Part shown: positions 1 to 12,410 of the stretch, piece by piece
How positions within the stretch are numbered: the first letter of the stretch is position 1
Layout of the letters: every line of letters starts with the position of its first letter
Origin: Octopus bimaculoides
Taxonomy: Eukaryota
NCBI RefSeq assembly: GCF_001194135.2
Contig: NC_068987.1
Location: 23,768,150 to 23,832,149 of the forward strand
Reading direction: 5' to 3'
DNA: 64,000 nucleotides
Program-made: the position numbers and the translations under genes
The notes under the pieces: model-generated
Seen by the model: only the letters and a program-made list of their open reading frames with translations
What the model was told of the DNA's origin: nothing
The model's database searches: none

Positions 1-288
1 CAAACACCATGGTGTTGACTGAATGTTCAATTTTTATCACTCTCGGTACATGTCCTTAGGTTGCACTGTCCTCAGATTGACACCCAAACACTCTGAAATG
101 TTCATTTTGGCGTCAGTGCCAAGCAATACAGCATGTCGTTTCCAAATTTCTGGCAGAGTGAATTGTGTCGTATTTTTCTCACAGATGGTGCCCAACTGAC
201 CTCACTCTACTATATAGTTGACAAAATCAGAAACAATGTGTGAAATTAAAAATATAAAATGGCGACAATTTATCCATTGCACCCTGCA
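1..288 (-). mobile_element. End of a Tc1/mariner-superfamily DNA transposon, truncated by the window edge
   Basis: Minus-strand terminus CAGGGTGCAATGGATAAATTGTC, then degenerate transposase N-terminal-like text (NISECLGVNLRTVQ). Confidence 0.45.
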
Positions 289-1578
289 TATATGTACATA
301 TATCACTATACCTGATCAAATTGTGTAGGTAAAACACAATAGAAGCTTGAAAATGGAGTAGTATGATAGGAAAAATTTTTAAGAAAAGCTCAATATTGTT
401 TTTTTATTTCTGTGGAAATATGCAGAAAGAAAATGAATTACCAAGTAGTGCTTTATTCCATTCCTATCTCTCCCATCTTATCCCCTGCCCATACTGATAT
501 TTCTCATCAAACTGCACTTCCACTCTTGTTCATCATTTGCTGCACTCACCTCAACCCCTATCTCTCCCTTCTGGTACTCTTCCCTCACACTCCTATAACT
601 ACCCCTATCTCCTGATTCACTGCCTGTATTATCTCTTGCTTCTTGAGGGTTTTACTCTGGCATCTCACCACTACCACCTTACCTTTTTCCCAAATTCTCC
701 TAACCACTCTTGTATAAATGTTGGATAGCCCTGTATCTTCTCTATATAGCAAGGCACCTCTAATTATCTCTTTCCAATCTCTCAAATACTCCACTACTAC
801 TTAGTCAAGAGGACCTTTCTCTTTTGACCTGTTTCCCTTTTTCCTGTCCTTTCCACTCTTACAACTTACTTGGCAACTCCACTAGTACTGGTGGCACAGA
901 AAAAGTACCTAGTACAACCTAGTGGTTGGTGTCAGCTAGAACATCCAGTTGTAGGGACCGTGTGCAAGCTGATATGGAGCACATTGCTTCCTTGTGAATC
1001 GCAGGATCCTGTCAAACTGTCTAAGCCAAGCCCACATGGAAAATGGACATTAAATGACGATGATGATGATAACTATAGAATCAAGTTAAATCAAAAATCC
1101 TAAATTTACTAATTATTTGTTTTTGAAAAAAGATTGCTTGTACCAGAAAAATTTAGAAATGATTAATTCTCAGAGCAGAAAACAACCAAATTTATTTCTC
1201 TGAAATGGGAACTTTTAACAATTTACATTTAGTTGTTGTTACTGGTGGAAAGAGGATGAAGGCCAAGAAAATATCATATAGCACAGTCCAATGAAAAGCT
1301 AGTAAAAGAATAAGAAAAAACTTACTGTTTGGAAATTTTCCAAATCCAGCCTACCTTTAATTAAAGTAGCACTAAAGACCAACATATAGCATTCAGAAAA
1401 TAGCCTTGACAGATACCTTTTTTTTCTATGTGTTACATTTTGTACTAAGTTTGATTTAGGTTATGTAGGCAGATATGGGTCATACCTTAGGGTTATGTCC
1501 TAATGAGTTCTTGTTTAAACTGATCACACCATTTTTGTGATAGTCTGTACTAATTACTTTCTCTCTATTTTCTTGCAG

Positions 1579-1661
1579 GTATTTTCGAAGGAATATATCA
1601 ATTTACTGCTGACAGTCTATTTCTTTGCACTTGGTGTGTTGTCGTTAGCACACATTAATAG
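1579..1661 (+). CDS. HM13: Signal peptide peptidase (HM13/SPP), internal exon equivalent to human exon 3
   Basis: ttgcag|GTA TTT TCG...AAT AG|gtttgc; 83 nt; VFSKEYINLLLTVYFFALGVLSLAHIN, matching human IFSQEYINLLLSMYFFVLGILALSHTI (recalled). Confidence 0.95.
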
Positions 1662-2258
1662 GTTTGCATTAGTTTTTTTTGTTTTCCTTGTTTGACATTT
1701 TAAAAAATTGTTGCATCTTCCTTTCTTTGTCTTACTCCATCTTGTAACTTTTGACTTTTTTTTTTCTGTCTACTTATTTGCTTCATGTAAGGATAAATTA
1801 TAACTGACGTTTCTACCATTTTAATAACACACCTCAGATTACTTCTGGTTCTTTGATAAAAGATCTTACTTTCTATTAAAACACAACTGACCTCACATTA
1901 TGAAAATGTTGTGTTCCTAAAAGTTTTAATGTAACACAGTTCTACAATGCAGAACCTTTTCCAATTGACTTCCATATAATCTGGAAAACAATGGAAAATA
2001 GATACCAAAATATGCCAAAATTTTTCAGGCACACATTTTTGTAACAAAAAATGCCTGTATTCATAATTAAATTAAAGCATTTCATCCTAATTTATGTTCT
2101 AAGTGTCAGGTTAATATGGAAATATATGTAAAAGTTAATTATTTTGCTAAATGCAACCAAATTCTTGCTTTGCTTTCAAAATCAATAGAAACACATTTTT
2201 AAATATTAATATAAAGGGTTAAATATTTCTTGCTAATATTTGGAATTTTATTATTCAG

Positions 2259-2347
2259 TCCTTGGATCTCAAAGCTGATTCCGGATTCCTTCCCCAACAA
2301 AGAATACCATCTCCTTTTCACACAGGGTAAAGGGGAGAATAAGGAGG
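2259..2347 (+). CDS. HM13: HM13/SPP internal exon (human exon 4 equivalent)
   Basis: attcag|T CCT TGG...GAG G|gtaaga; 89 nt, phase 2 to 1; PWISKLIPDSFPNKEYHLLFTQGKGENKE. Confidence 0.95.
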
Positions 2348-2819
2348 GTAAGACTTGATACTTTTTCTCACAGCATGTTTTGTGTGTGTAATTAGGAGAT
2401 AGCCAGTGTCAGCTGTTGGTGCAGTTTTGTGTGTGTGTGTGTGTGTATTAATAGATGACTCATCTTTATCTTCAACATTGTAATGTCCACTTTTTCATGG
2501 GCTGGATGGAATTCATTTTGGCTGATTTTCCACAGGCAGATGCCTTTCCTGTCACCAACCTTCACCTGTTTCTAAGTAAGATAATATCTCCTGACGGCCA
2601 AACTCTTTCATGGAAGATTAGAATCAAAGCAAGGTGACAGTAATACACACATACACATAGGTATATATGATGGGCTTCTTTCAGTTTCCATTGACCAAAT
2701 CCACTCATGACTGGTCAATTCATCGTTATAATAGAAAACACACTTGTCCAATATGTCATGCAGTGGGACTGAACTCAGAATCATGTGGTTGAGTAGCAAA
2801 CCTTGTAACCATTTGAGTT

Positions 2820-2856
<37 letters not shown>

Positions 2857-3007
2857 GATTACTTTATTCCAATGACTATTTTTACAAGATAGTGGAGTGT
2901 GATTTGAGGAAGATTTGATTGCTGTTTCTTGTTTCTATAATTTCTATCAACTTTCTCTGTGTAATATGCTGGTATGTACATATTGTTTTGTAACTCTTTT
3001 TTTGCAG

Positions 3008-3093
3008 AAGTCATAAACTATGAATTTGACAGAAAAGACTTAGTGTGTCTGTTTGTCAGCTGTTTAATTGGCCTGTGGTATGGATTAAAAAAG
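3008..3093 (+). CDS. HM13: HM13/SPP internal exon (human exon 5 equivalent)
   Basis: ttgcag|AA GTC...AAA AAG|gtaact; 86 nt; EVINYEFDRKDLVCLFVSCLIGLWYGLKK. Confidence 0.95.
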
Positions 3094-3369
3094 GTAACTC
3101 ATTTAGTTAATTACATTGGCAAACCTATTAAACTGTGTGTGCATGTGTTCTAACCCTTTAGTTACCATATTTCTCTTTAAACACACTGGCTTTGTTTCAA
3201 TAAATTTTTAATTAAGAATTTGGTAAAATAACTTTGTCATTATTAAGCTGGTGTTTGAAACAAATTAACAAGGAACTTTAATGGAAACCAAAGGTGATCT
3301 CTAGCAGGTTGTTACCAAAACGGTGTAATACCTATTTTTCTAAATGTGACTCGGGCAAGGCCCTGTGTT

Positions 3370-4180
3370 GAGGAAGTTTGTTTTGCAATCATGTTTTTGA
3401 CTTGAACTCACTGAAAAGATGACACTTGAGTACTGAAGATTAGGAAGAAAGGAATAACGGTATCATCTGCATTGGAGATGGTGGCGAGTTGGTCAATGAT
3501 GTTCAGTAGAGATGGGATGCGAGGATGCAGGACCAAATATCGGAAACGCACCAAAATTGAATAGTGTGGATCACAGAAAGATCCATCAGCATATGCCACA
3601 ACAAAGCAATCTAGCAGTTATTCATATAGAGCACATAGCTAGGCAGTTTAGACAGGAGACGTGTTACAAATAGTGCAAAGACAAGATTTCACCAAATCTG
3701 TCTAGGTCCAGAGCCCAATGGTGATTGACAAGATATTTGGTCTCTTGTCTCAGCATTATGAAAGCAACTTTTTGGTGAATACTGGGGCTAGCTCTACAGT
3801 GCATTAGTTTAGGTTAATGGTAGGGACATTGTCCTTTCATATTTGGTATGGATATGCATGCTTGGTTGGGTGGAAATGTTTTGGAGGAAATGTACCTCGT
3901 GTGTAGTGTGGAGTTGAATGCAAAGGTAGTGGCTTTCTTTGTGTAAATACTGTTGAAGGAATTATCGTGGTTGAAAGGTGGAGAAATGAGAGGTCCTTTT
4001 TGGCAAAGAATCAAAAGCTTTGGATGTAGTTTCAGAGACTGGAGAGCTTGGAAGCTGTGTGATGCATGGAAGAGGCATCCTTTTCAGTTCATATTATGGT
4101 CTTGCAAGGGTTCTGAAGAGTAAGAGTCATCCAGTTTACAGGGCTGAGCGGCTGTCTTGGAGAATTGTTGGCCTGGTTTC
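3370..4180 (-). mobile_element. Degenerate non-LTR retrotransposon RT fragment (Jockey/CR1-like)
   Basis: Minus-strand pieces KKATTFAFNSTL and ISNADDTVI (YADD-like), with stops and frameshifts. Confidence 0.5.
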
Positions 4181-4497
4181 CTGTGCCTGAACTTTAAAAT
4201 GATTTTGGAGGAAGGGATAAGTCAATTACATCGACCCCCCCCCTCCCCACCCACCTTCCGTCGCTGCCAAAATTTATCAACTGAGAAAGGATGAAAAGCA
4301 AATTTGAACTCGGAACATAGTAACAAATGAAATACCGCTATGCATTTCGTCCAGTGTGTTAACGATTCTGTCAGCTCACAGCCTTATCTCAAGTGTAATA
4401 ATGCAGTTCAGAAAGTGTTATGAATGAATTTAAATCCAAAGCTTTCTTTAAAATTTTTAATTTTTAAACAAATGTCTCATATTTATATTTTTTCTAG

Positions 4498-4623
4498 CAT
4501 TGGGTAGCAAATAATTTATTTGGTTTAGCCTTTGCTGTGAATGGTGTTGAGTTGCTGTCTTTAAACAGAGTTAGCACAGGTTGTATTTTACTGTGTGGAC
4601 TCTTCCTGTATGACATTTTTTGG
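4498..4623 (+). CDS. HM13: HM13/SPP exon with the catalytic YD aspartate
   Basis: ttctag|CAT TGG...TTT TGG|gtgagt; 126 nt; HWVANNLFGLAFAVNGVELLSLNRVSTGCILLCGLFLYDIFW. Confidence 0.97.
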
Positions 4624-4735
4624 GTGAGTATCCTTACTCGTTGTTATGGTCTACTAATTAACACTAATTCTAATTTTCTTACTTAACCTAATTTCCTGTC
4701 TATTAATTTAATGCTTGTTTCTCTCACCTTTATAG

Positions 4736-4793
4736 GTATTTGGGACAAATGTTATGGTAACAGTTGCTAAGTCTTTTGAAGCTCCTATAAAAT
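4736..4793 (+). CDS. HM13: HM13/SPP internal exon (human exon 7 equivalent)
   Basis: ttatag|GTA TTT GGG...AAA T|gtaagt; 58 nt; VFGTNVMVTVAKSFEAPIK. Confidence 0.97.
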
Positions 4794-5179
4794 GTAAGTA
4801 TGACCTGCTTGTTTTCAATGAAAGCACTTTGATGTGAGAGAAGTTAGTGATGGGAAACTTATAGTAATGGCAGTTATTGTACATATAAGGAATATATCCT
4901 TAATGTTGATAAGTCCTCAATTAACATTGCCAAAAATATAATCTACTTTTATTTCAGGTGCTTAGGTTTTTCTGTAAATAATTTCTGCCAAAACTGACCC
5001 CACTTGTGCTGGTACCACATAAAAAGCACACTGTCCACTCTATAGGGTGATTGGTATTAGGAAGGGCATCCAACCATAAAAACTATGCCAAAACACACTG
5101 TAGCCCAGTGTAGTTTTCTAGCTGACCAGATCCTGTCAAACCCATGCCAATATGGAAGATGGACATTAAATGATGATGA

Positions 5180-6208
5180 CCCTGCTATAGTAGCTGAGTC
5201 ACTATCAGAACCAGAGAAGTTTCAGCTGTGGAAGCCATGTCTAGAATTGAAGGGCCTTAGAGTCAATCTAGCAAAAACCAAAGTTTTAGAGAATAGGAAG
5301 GCAGACAAATCATAAATCCCTTCAGGTAGATGGCCCTGCTCAATCTGTAGAAAAGGCATAGGTAGAAACTCCATAAGATGTACCCAGTGTAAGTTATGGA
5401 CACATAAGAGATGCAGCAATATCAAAGGAGGAAAGCTAACTGGGAAGATAGTTTTTTTCTGTGTGGCAGACGCACAGGGGCAATAACACTGAAAATGTGC
5501 AAAAAACAGCTTCTGTCACATACCAGGGGCAAAACTAGAAGTTGATAGCTTCTGTTACCTAGGTGACCAAATCAGTATTGGAGGTGGATGCTCTGAGAGC
5601 ATAGCTGCTAGAATAAGAATAGCCTGGGCAAAGTTCAGAGAGCTCCTACCTCTGCTGATAACAAAGGGCCTCTCTCTCAGAATGAAAGCTAGACTGTATG
5701 ATACGTGTGCAAACTGCCATGCTACATGGCAGTGAAACATGGGCTGTGACTGCTGAGGACATTCGTAAGCTTGTATGAAGCTAGTATGCTGTGCTGGATG
5801 TGTAATATCAGTGTGCAATGATAAGCGACTGAGACCTTTGAAGATATACTGTGCTTGAGAAGACCTGGCAAATCAAGTGAGACCATGGCCTACGCCAATG
5901 TCACATAACTGGCCCATTTAATAATACCCTTCAATCATTGGGCAATATACTGTGCTTGAGAAGACCTGTTGAGTCAGGGGAAATCATTGTTGTGGGCAAT
6001 GCCAGTACCACCTGACTGGCCTCCATGCCAGTGGCACGTAAAAAGCACCCACTACACTCTCGGAGTGGTTAGCATTAGGAAGGGCATCCATCTGTAGAAA
6101 ACTTGCCAGATCAGATGGGAGCCTGGTGCAGCCTCCTGTCTTCCCAGTCCTCAATCAAACCATTTCCATCCATGCCAGCATGGAAGGCAGATGTTAAACG
6201 ATGATGAT
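5180..6208 (+). mobile_element. 5'-truncated RTE-clade LINE with PHD-like finger, 3' UTR and (GAT)n tail
   Basis: LELKGLRVNLAKTKVL, WPCSICRKGIGRNSIRCTQCKLWTHKRCS, DSFCYLGDQIS.GGGCSESIAARIRIAWAKFRELLPLL, MLHGSETWAVT; ends gttaaacgatgatgat. Confidence 0.85.
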
Positions 6209-6473
6209 ATGCAGCAGCCATAAGATATTGTTGCTCTTTTGTAAAATGTGGATGTGCAATGAAAATTTATCAAGAACAAAATAGACAACCAGCCTTGTTC
6301 TGCTTTTGTTCACTTTTTAGTTTCATACTCACAATTTATATTCTATAGACAAATTTTTCTTTTGTGATTTGAAAGCTACTAAACAAAATTGCTGTCAACC
6401 AGTGGTTGACTGAATTATTGGTTGTTCTTAATTTCAGAGGTTGTGTGCTCTGTAATTTCTCCTTCTTCTCCAG

Positions 6474-6594
6474 TGGTGTTCCCACAAGACTTCTTAGAAA
6501 AAGGACTGGCAGCAGACAACTTTGCCATGCTAGGACTTGGAGACATAGTTATTCCTGGAATTTTCATTGCCTTACTGCTCAGATTCGATGTCAG
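6474..6594 (+). CDS. HM13: HM13/SPP exon with the catalytic GxGD motif
   Basis: ctccag|TG GTG TTC...GTC AG|gtatgt; 121 nt; LVFPQDFLEKGLAADNFAMLGLGDIVIPGIFIALLLRFDV. Confidence 0.97.
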
Positions 6595-6676
6595 GTATGT
6601 TTAGAGATTTTTCTTGTTTTTTCTGCTTCTGGAAGTAAAATATGGTGATGGCCTCTTTTCATATCAAACTGTTATA

Positions 6677-7475
6677 TGAGGGGGTACCCCCCAAAATAAC
6701 CAGAAACACTCTCTGTGGGACAACCCATTGTAGTTCAGACTTCTACCAATAGAAACCACTTCATGCAACCCTCAGGTATCAGTCTGCCAACCAGCAGTGT
6801 CTAGTGATGTCATACTGTCATGTAGTGCATCTTTGTTTTGCAGTGCTCCTCCCCTGTTTGTCAATTTTTGCGATGGCTGAAATGAAGGAACTGCATACTT
6901 CCATGAAATGCTGTTTTCTACCAGGGAAAATGGTGCTTGAAACAGTTCTCATACTTCAAAAAGCTTACAAGGATGTTGCCATGAGCAAAACACAAGTTTA
7001 CGAGTAATTTTCACACTTTAGAAATGGTCTCTAGTCATTTGAAGACCAACCTCGTTCAGGGCAACATCAACCTTTCGAATGAATGAAAACACGAAATTCA
7101 TGAACTGATCTTGGAGGACTGTCACTGAACAATTGACAAACTTGTTGATATGATCAGTGTGTCCTGGAGCTCCTGCCAATGTATTTTGAGCAAGAAATTG
7201 CAAATGAAAAGGGTTTTTTGAAGATCATCACTGGTGATGAAAGCTGGTGCTACAGAATTTGCAGATGTGGAAGAGGTGAAGAAAAAAACAACGGAAACAT
7301 TAAACGGCATCACTTAGCAAGAGTTCCAGCACTGCTTCAAACAGTGGAAAACATGTCTGGACCGATGCATTGCTTCAAATAAAGAATACTTTGAAGGCGA
7401 TAAAAATGTAAATATGTAAAATTAAGTGAATAAAATAACATTGCAAAATTCCAGTTTCTTTTGGGTACTCCCTCG
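6677..7475 (+). mobile_element. Internally deleted mariner-type transposon in an HM13 intron
   Basis: TA|(T/C)GAGGGGGTACCC...GGGTACTCCCTCG|TA inverted termini with TA duplication; fragments LQKAYKDVAMSKTQVYE and IITGDESWCY. Confidence 0.85.
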
Positions 7476-8625
7476 TATTTACACCAGTCTGCTGTAAAAT
7501 AACTATTATTACTCTTTACTTGAAAGTCATGGATTGGTAGAATCACTAGAGAATCAAACAAAATACCTTGTAGTATTTCTCCCAGCTCTTTTATGTTCTG
7601 ACCTCAAATTATGTGATGGTCAACTTTCCTTTCAACCCTCTGAAGTTGATAAAATGAAGTATCAGTAAAGTACTGGAGTTTATGTATCTGACTAAACCCA
7701 CACTGTCCCAAAATTTCAGGCCTTGTATTTATGTTTTCTGAAAGAGTTATTTTCTATTTTGCTGCTTATAGATCTTGACTTGATTGTTTTATGAATTATG
7801 ACTGATGGTCTCTCTGGATTTGAACATGTCTGTTCTTCTGCTTTATTCTTCTATTATAAAGACGGAGCTCTATCTTTACTTGAAAAAAGAATTTTTATAA
7901 GTAAATAGTGCTAAAACTGTTGGTCCCATAATACAGACATGTCAATGTTCTCAATATATAAGTAAAAAAAAAATGTATTAGAATCCAACATAAAATTCAT
8001 TTCCGAGTACTTGTTTGATAAAACTTTCAATGTCACAACTGAGAGGGAGACATTTTTGCCTTTCAACCTATTGGGGTTGATGAAATAAGTACCAGTTATG
8101 CACTGTTCACTGATAACATAGCTCCCTGATACTTATTTTATCTTTGGTAAAGATTATTTTTTCCAAATAGGTTTAAAATATAAATATTGTATATGGTTTA
8201 AATATTGTATTTTAAGAAAAATCACAACCCTCCCTAAGCATTCATCATTCTCTTGTGAACTTACAACACCCTCATAGGGGTTACAACTTCCAGGTTAAGA
8301 ATCACAGGTTCTGAACCTTAACTTGCACCAATATGAGGCCTTGTAAAAAAAAAGGTTCCAGGTGCAACCCTCCTTGACCAAATGTTTAATAAAATATCAG
8401 TCATTGGCTTGATCTATTATTGGAGAAATCTACATCCACTTTATGTAAATGGATATCACTTACAGAAAAAAATTTGTTCCATTCTCTCTATTTGTGATTC
8501 TTTACCATTCTGTCTGTCTGTACCAAAGTGAGAAAATGGCATCTTTCCGTTCCCTAGCTGCCTTGAAAGTTTGTAGTTGATGGTAGCCTGCTAACTTTTT
8601 TTTTTTTTTTTTTTTTTTTTTCCAG

Positions 8626-8728
8626 TATGAAGAAAGGGTCACGAACCTATTTCTACTCAAGTTTCCTTGCTTACTTCCTTGGTTTAGTGGCAACTATTTT
8701 TGTTATGCACGTTTTCAAACATGCTCAG
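8626..8728 (+). CDS. HM13: HM13/SPP internal exon (human exon 10 equivalent)
   Basis: Long poly-T tract then ccag|T ATG AAG...GCT CAG|gtatgt; 103 nt; MKKGSRTYFYSSFLAYFLGLVATIFVMHVFKHAQ. Confidence 0.96.
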
Positions 8729-9271
8729 GTATGTATTGAACTGTTATTCTTTTTATTGTAATGTCAATGGTTGACTTAGCATGTACTGGTGTTGTATTAA
8801 AAACCAACAGGTTACAAGACTTCTTTATTGTCTATTGGTTATCAACTAGCTTCTACCCTCCAAAATTATTATCCTGTGCCTAAATAAGAAATAATGATTA
8901 TTATTATTAGGGCGTTGGATTAGCAGAGCATTGGGAAAAAATGCTTTGTGGCATTCATTCCAACTCCTTATGTTCTAAGTTCAAATCCTGCAATGGACAG
9001 CTTTTCCTTTTATCCTAATTGATAAAGTACCTGTCAAGAACAGAGGTTGATGATATTAATTGTACCTCTCCCTTCAATAATTGTTGGCTTTGTGCCTAAA
9101 TTAGAAACTATTGTTGTTTTTGGTGTACTTATTTGCAGTATCCTACATGTCAAATCCAGAATCTAGCTTTAAACCCATTACACACTGTACTGTCATTGAG
9201 ATATCCATGTTTCTTGTCAACATTTCATCGTTATTCTTCTTTAAACTGTGTCAATGTTCTCTCTTTGCCAG

Positions 9272-9357
9272 CCTGCATTGCTGTACCTGGTACCAGCCTG
9301 TATAGGTGTCCCTATAAGTGTAGCATTACTTCGTGGAGAAATTAAAGAATTGTTCAG
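9272..9357 (+). CDS. HM13: HM13/SPP exon completing the QPALLY motif
   Basis: tgccag|CCT GCA TTG...TTC AG|gtaaga; 86 nt; PALLYLVPACIGVPISVALLRGEIKELF. Confidence 0.97.
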
Positions 9358-9929
9358 GTAAGATTGGCCAAGTCAGCTGGTTGTTTTTCTCTTCTGCATA
9401 CACATAGCATGTGTATGTGTGTGATATTGATCAACACGATCATAAGACTGTTGTTTCAATTCCCAGGCTAGACAGCGCATTGTGTTCTAGAGCAATGCAC
9501 TTCATTTCACATTGCTCCAGCCCACTTGGGTGTAAATTAAATAAGTTTCAGCAATAGCAATGAAATTAACCCTGGCATACCATTCAATGGGGGGGGGAGT
9601 CTTGTAATCCATGGAAACTGGATCAAGTTCTGGTTTTATGAATCCTAGGGCTCGTGGTAGTCCTAAGTATGGGTGTGATTTAAAGGCGATTTAGCTATTA
9701 TTTGTAACAGATCTTCCTACTATGTAATTTGCTCCAATTGGATACAAAGACCTGTGATTGGTTGCTGTCAAATGATAATCAAATTTTAACTTGCTAATGA
9801 TGCATACCTGATGTAGTTGCATGATTCAGCTTAGATTATATATCCATCTATCGATTTTCACTCTTGAAAGGTTGTTGGGATAGTCTTCAGGCACCTACTC
9901 CATAGAGATCTATCAGAAACAATCATCTT

Positions 9930-10800
9930 TATTAAACTTTCTTGGTATATTCCAAAGCATGACAAAGACTAGGGATATTATCCAACCATCTCCCTCATGG
10001 TCTACCCTTAGGTCTTCTGCCAGTTAGATTGGCTTGAAGGATCTGTCTTGTGATCCTTTACTGCAGCATGCTAACTACATGTCCATACATACTGGAGCTG
10101 TAGCCTCTCAATGTGGAGAAGTAACAGTTTGACCTCCCTGATCTTTGAGCTATGTACCCTGTTGAGTAATAATACTCAAGAGATCCTCTCTGTCATTATG
10201 GAAACTGGATTGAAGATAGCAAGTTTGACTCTCTCTTTTTTTTTCCCCCCCTCCACCAATTTCTCTTCTGTGGATTAAATGCTGAAGCTGGTACATTACT
10301 CTACTCAGCATGTCCCTTGGCATGTACCTTTTCAAGATCTATGAAGCAAGCAGACACTTCTTGGCAGTATGTTCCAACATTTTCTTGTAGACCTTCTATT
10401 GGGTGCATCTTTGGTCACTGTTCTTCAGCTAGCTTAGGCCTTACAGTATCCCTACATCTTTTTTCTAGACACCTGCCATATACTCAACAAGAATATTCTT
10501 CTAAAAATTAGGATCACCAATTGCTTTGGTGTCTGTCCAGAATTTCAAGCCACTTGGCATACATGTTTTGGCCAGAGAATACCTTCTTTATTTAAGGCTT
10601 TTAACATCTCATGCTGAATTTCACCCNNNNNNNNNNNNNNNNNNNNNNNNNNNNNNNNNNNNNNNNNNNNNNNNNNNNNNNNNNNCCCCCACACAGCTTT
10701 GTCACATTTGAGTACCTTAATCACCCTAGTGACTTCAAATTCTCTGAGATTAGCTTTCACCCTTAGATGAACCTCATATTCAACTCTTCCAAAAGAGACC
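9930..10800 (-). mobile_element. Degenerate RTE-type LINE fragment interrupted by a gap
   Basis: Minus-strand CQEVSACFIDLEKVH (RT) and GRRPKGRP...WLDNI (RTE C-terminus). Confidence 0.6.
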
Positions 10801-11622
10801 TATCAATGGTTCATGTCATGTCACGTCACTAATGTGCAGATGTGTGCTCAGAGCATTGTGTTTCTTGTATAAATAGTTTGTATTATTTTAAAACATAACC
10901 ATATATAGTGGCTTGGTTGATTGTGATATTTAGTCTGAGACTGATCCACAAACAAGTAATTTTGTCTGTTTCCTTTATATTCTCAGTTCAAATTACACCA
11001 AGGCAGCATTTGGCAGGTGAGGAAAAAAAAAGCTAAGAATGGTTATTGGGGCCAATATAACTAGCTGTCCCCACACCAAAATTTGGTGCTCCTTATGTAT
11101 ATGTTAGAAATTATCAATTTAGGGTCTAGGCAGCTCTGGCTGCTCTTAAAGAAATTTTAACAATTTCTTTAACCATTTATTATATTTCTTTCGAAATATA
11201 ATGCTTTCTTTTCAATTAATTTTGAAAATAATAATGTAGTAAAGCAACTTCATTATTTAGTTGGTGTTTGGAATATAAATTGACATGAAATTTTGATGGA
11301 AGAATTTTAGATCAATTTAAAATGGGAATTTTTTATCATAGAACCAAGGGCAGCCTCAAGTGAGTTGGTTTCAGAAAAGTTAATCCCTTCTGATGGTGAT
11401 TTCAATTATAAAGAGAGAAAAGTTTTTAGTTATATAGACTTAAGGCTCGTAATATGTAAAAAAATTGAAACTGTTGTTTCTTGTACAGGTGTCAAAATGG
11501 TTAACTTTGTACTACTGTAAAGTGTAGTGGCCACCAAATTAGATCCTACTCCATTGTATTGCTGTATATTTTGCAGTAATTGTAGTAGTAGTAGTGATAT
11601 AAAGCATTTTGTTTTGTTGCAG

Positions 11623-11713
11623 TTATGAAGACCACAGTGACAAACCAGCAGTGGACAGCACAACAGCCAGTGGAAGTGGTGGAACTTCAACAGGAGACAA
11701 GAAGGCTCAGTAA
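11623..11713 (+). CDS. HM13: HM13/SPP last coding exon with a C-terminal KKxx ER-retrieval signal
   Basis: ttgcag|T TAT GAA GAC...GCT CAG TAA; YEDHSDKPAVDSTTASGSGGTSTGDKKAQ*. The phase 2 junction gives FSYE as in human SPP. Confidence 0.9.
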
Positions 11714-12404
11714 ACCGGACTACCATGACTTTTATCATCATCATCATCATCATCATCACCACCAATGTCATTGTAATCACCTCCCTTATCTCCTACCTAT
11801 TTCCCCTGAATACAGCGGTACTCAACTTCTATTGCCCCTCATTTACAGTTAATAAGCTGGTTCAGATACTACTACTACTACTACAACAACTGAATGGTTA
11901 ACATAACTGTTTACAACTCAGTACATACTCTCCATGTCTGTCTCTAGCTGTTGAACCAACCAGTGTAGACATCTTCCATTCCACCAGTTCCTCACTTTTT
12001 GACTGTTTGGTCACTAAACTCATTTTCAAGTTGTCTGTTATTATTCTTCGGTGATTGACCATTCAGTAAAAATGATTTGCTGTCTTTCACTTCTCCTCTC
12101 CATTTCGGCTGACTCCTTCCCCACTCTTCTGTACAGACATTCTCTAGCTTGTGATTACTCAGCGTAAAATTTACACTGTCATAATGTAGCTGCTGAGCTG
12201 TAAACCTGCTGAGTACTCAATCCTCATCAATACTAACCCATCATGTTAGCTTGCTTCAGCCTCTCAATTCTTCTTGTTTTGATGTTTTTATTTATCCAGA
12301 AGATTATGTGCTTGTCTCTACTCAATACTGCTGCAGCTGGGACTGTGATTGGTGACACTAGTGCAGCAGCTGGTGGTGATTCAAATATCAAGCAGACTTC
12401 TGCC

Positions 12405-12410
12405 AATAAA
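12405..12410 (+). terminator. Candidate HM13 polyadenylation signal
   Basis: AATAAA about 690 nt after the stop codon, followed by a U/GU-rich tract (ttgttgtttgtttctttttt). No transcript evidence. Confidence 0.35.

Noticed and set aside
11430-11852. ORFs overlapping the last HM13 exon
   Set aside because: Alternative-frame and antisense readings of the exon plus the (CAT)n repeat in the 3' UTR.
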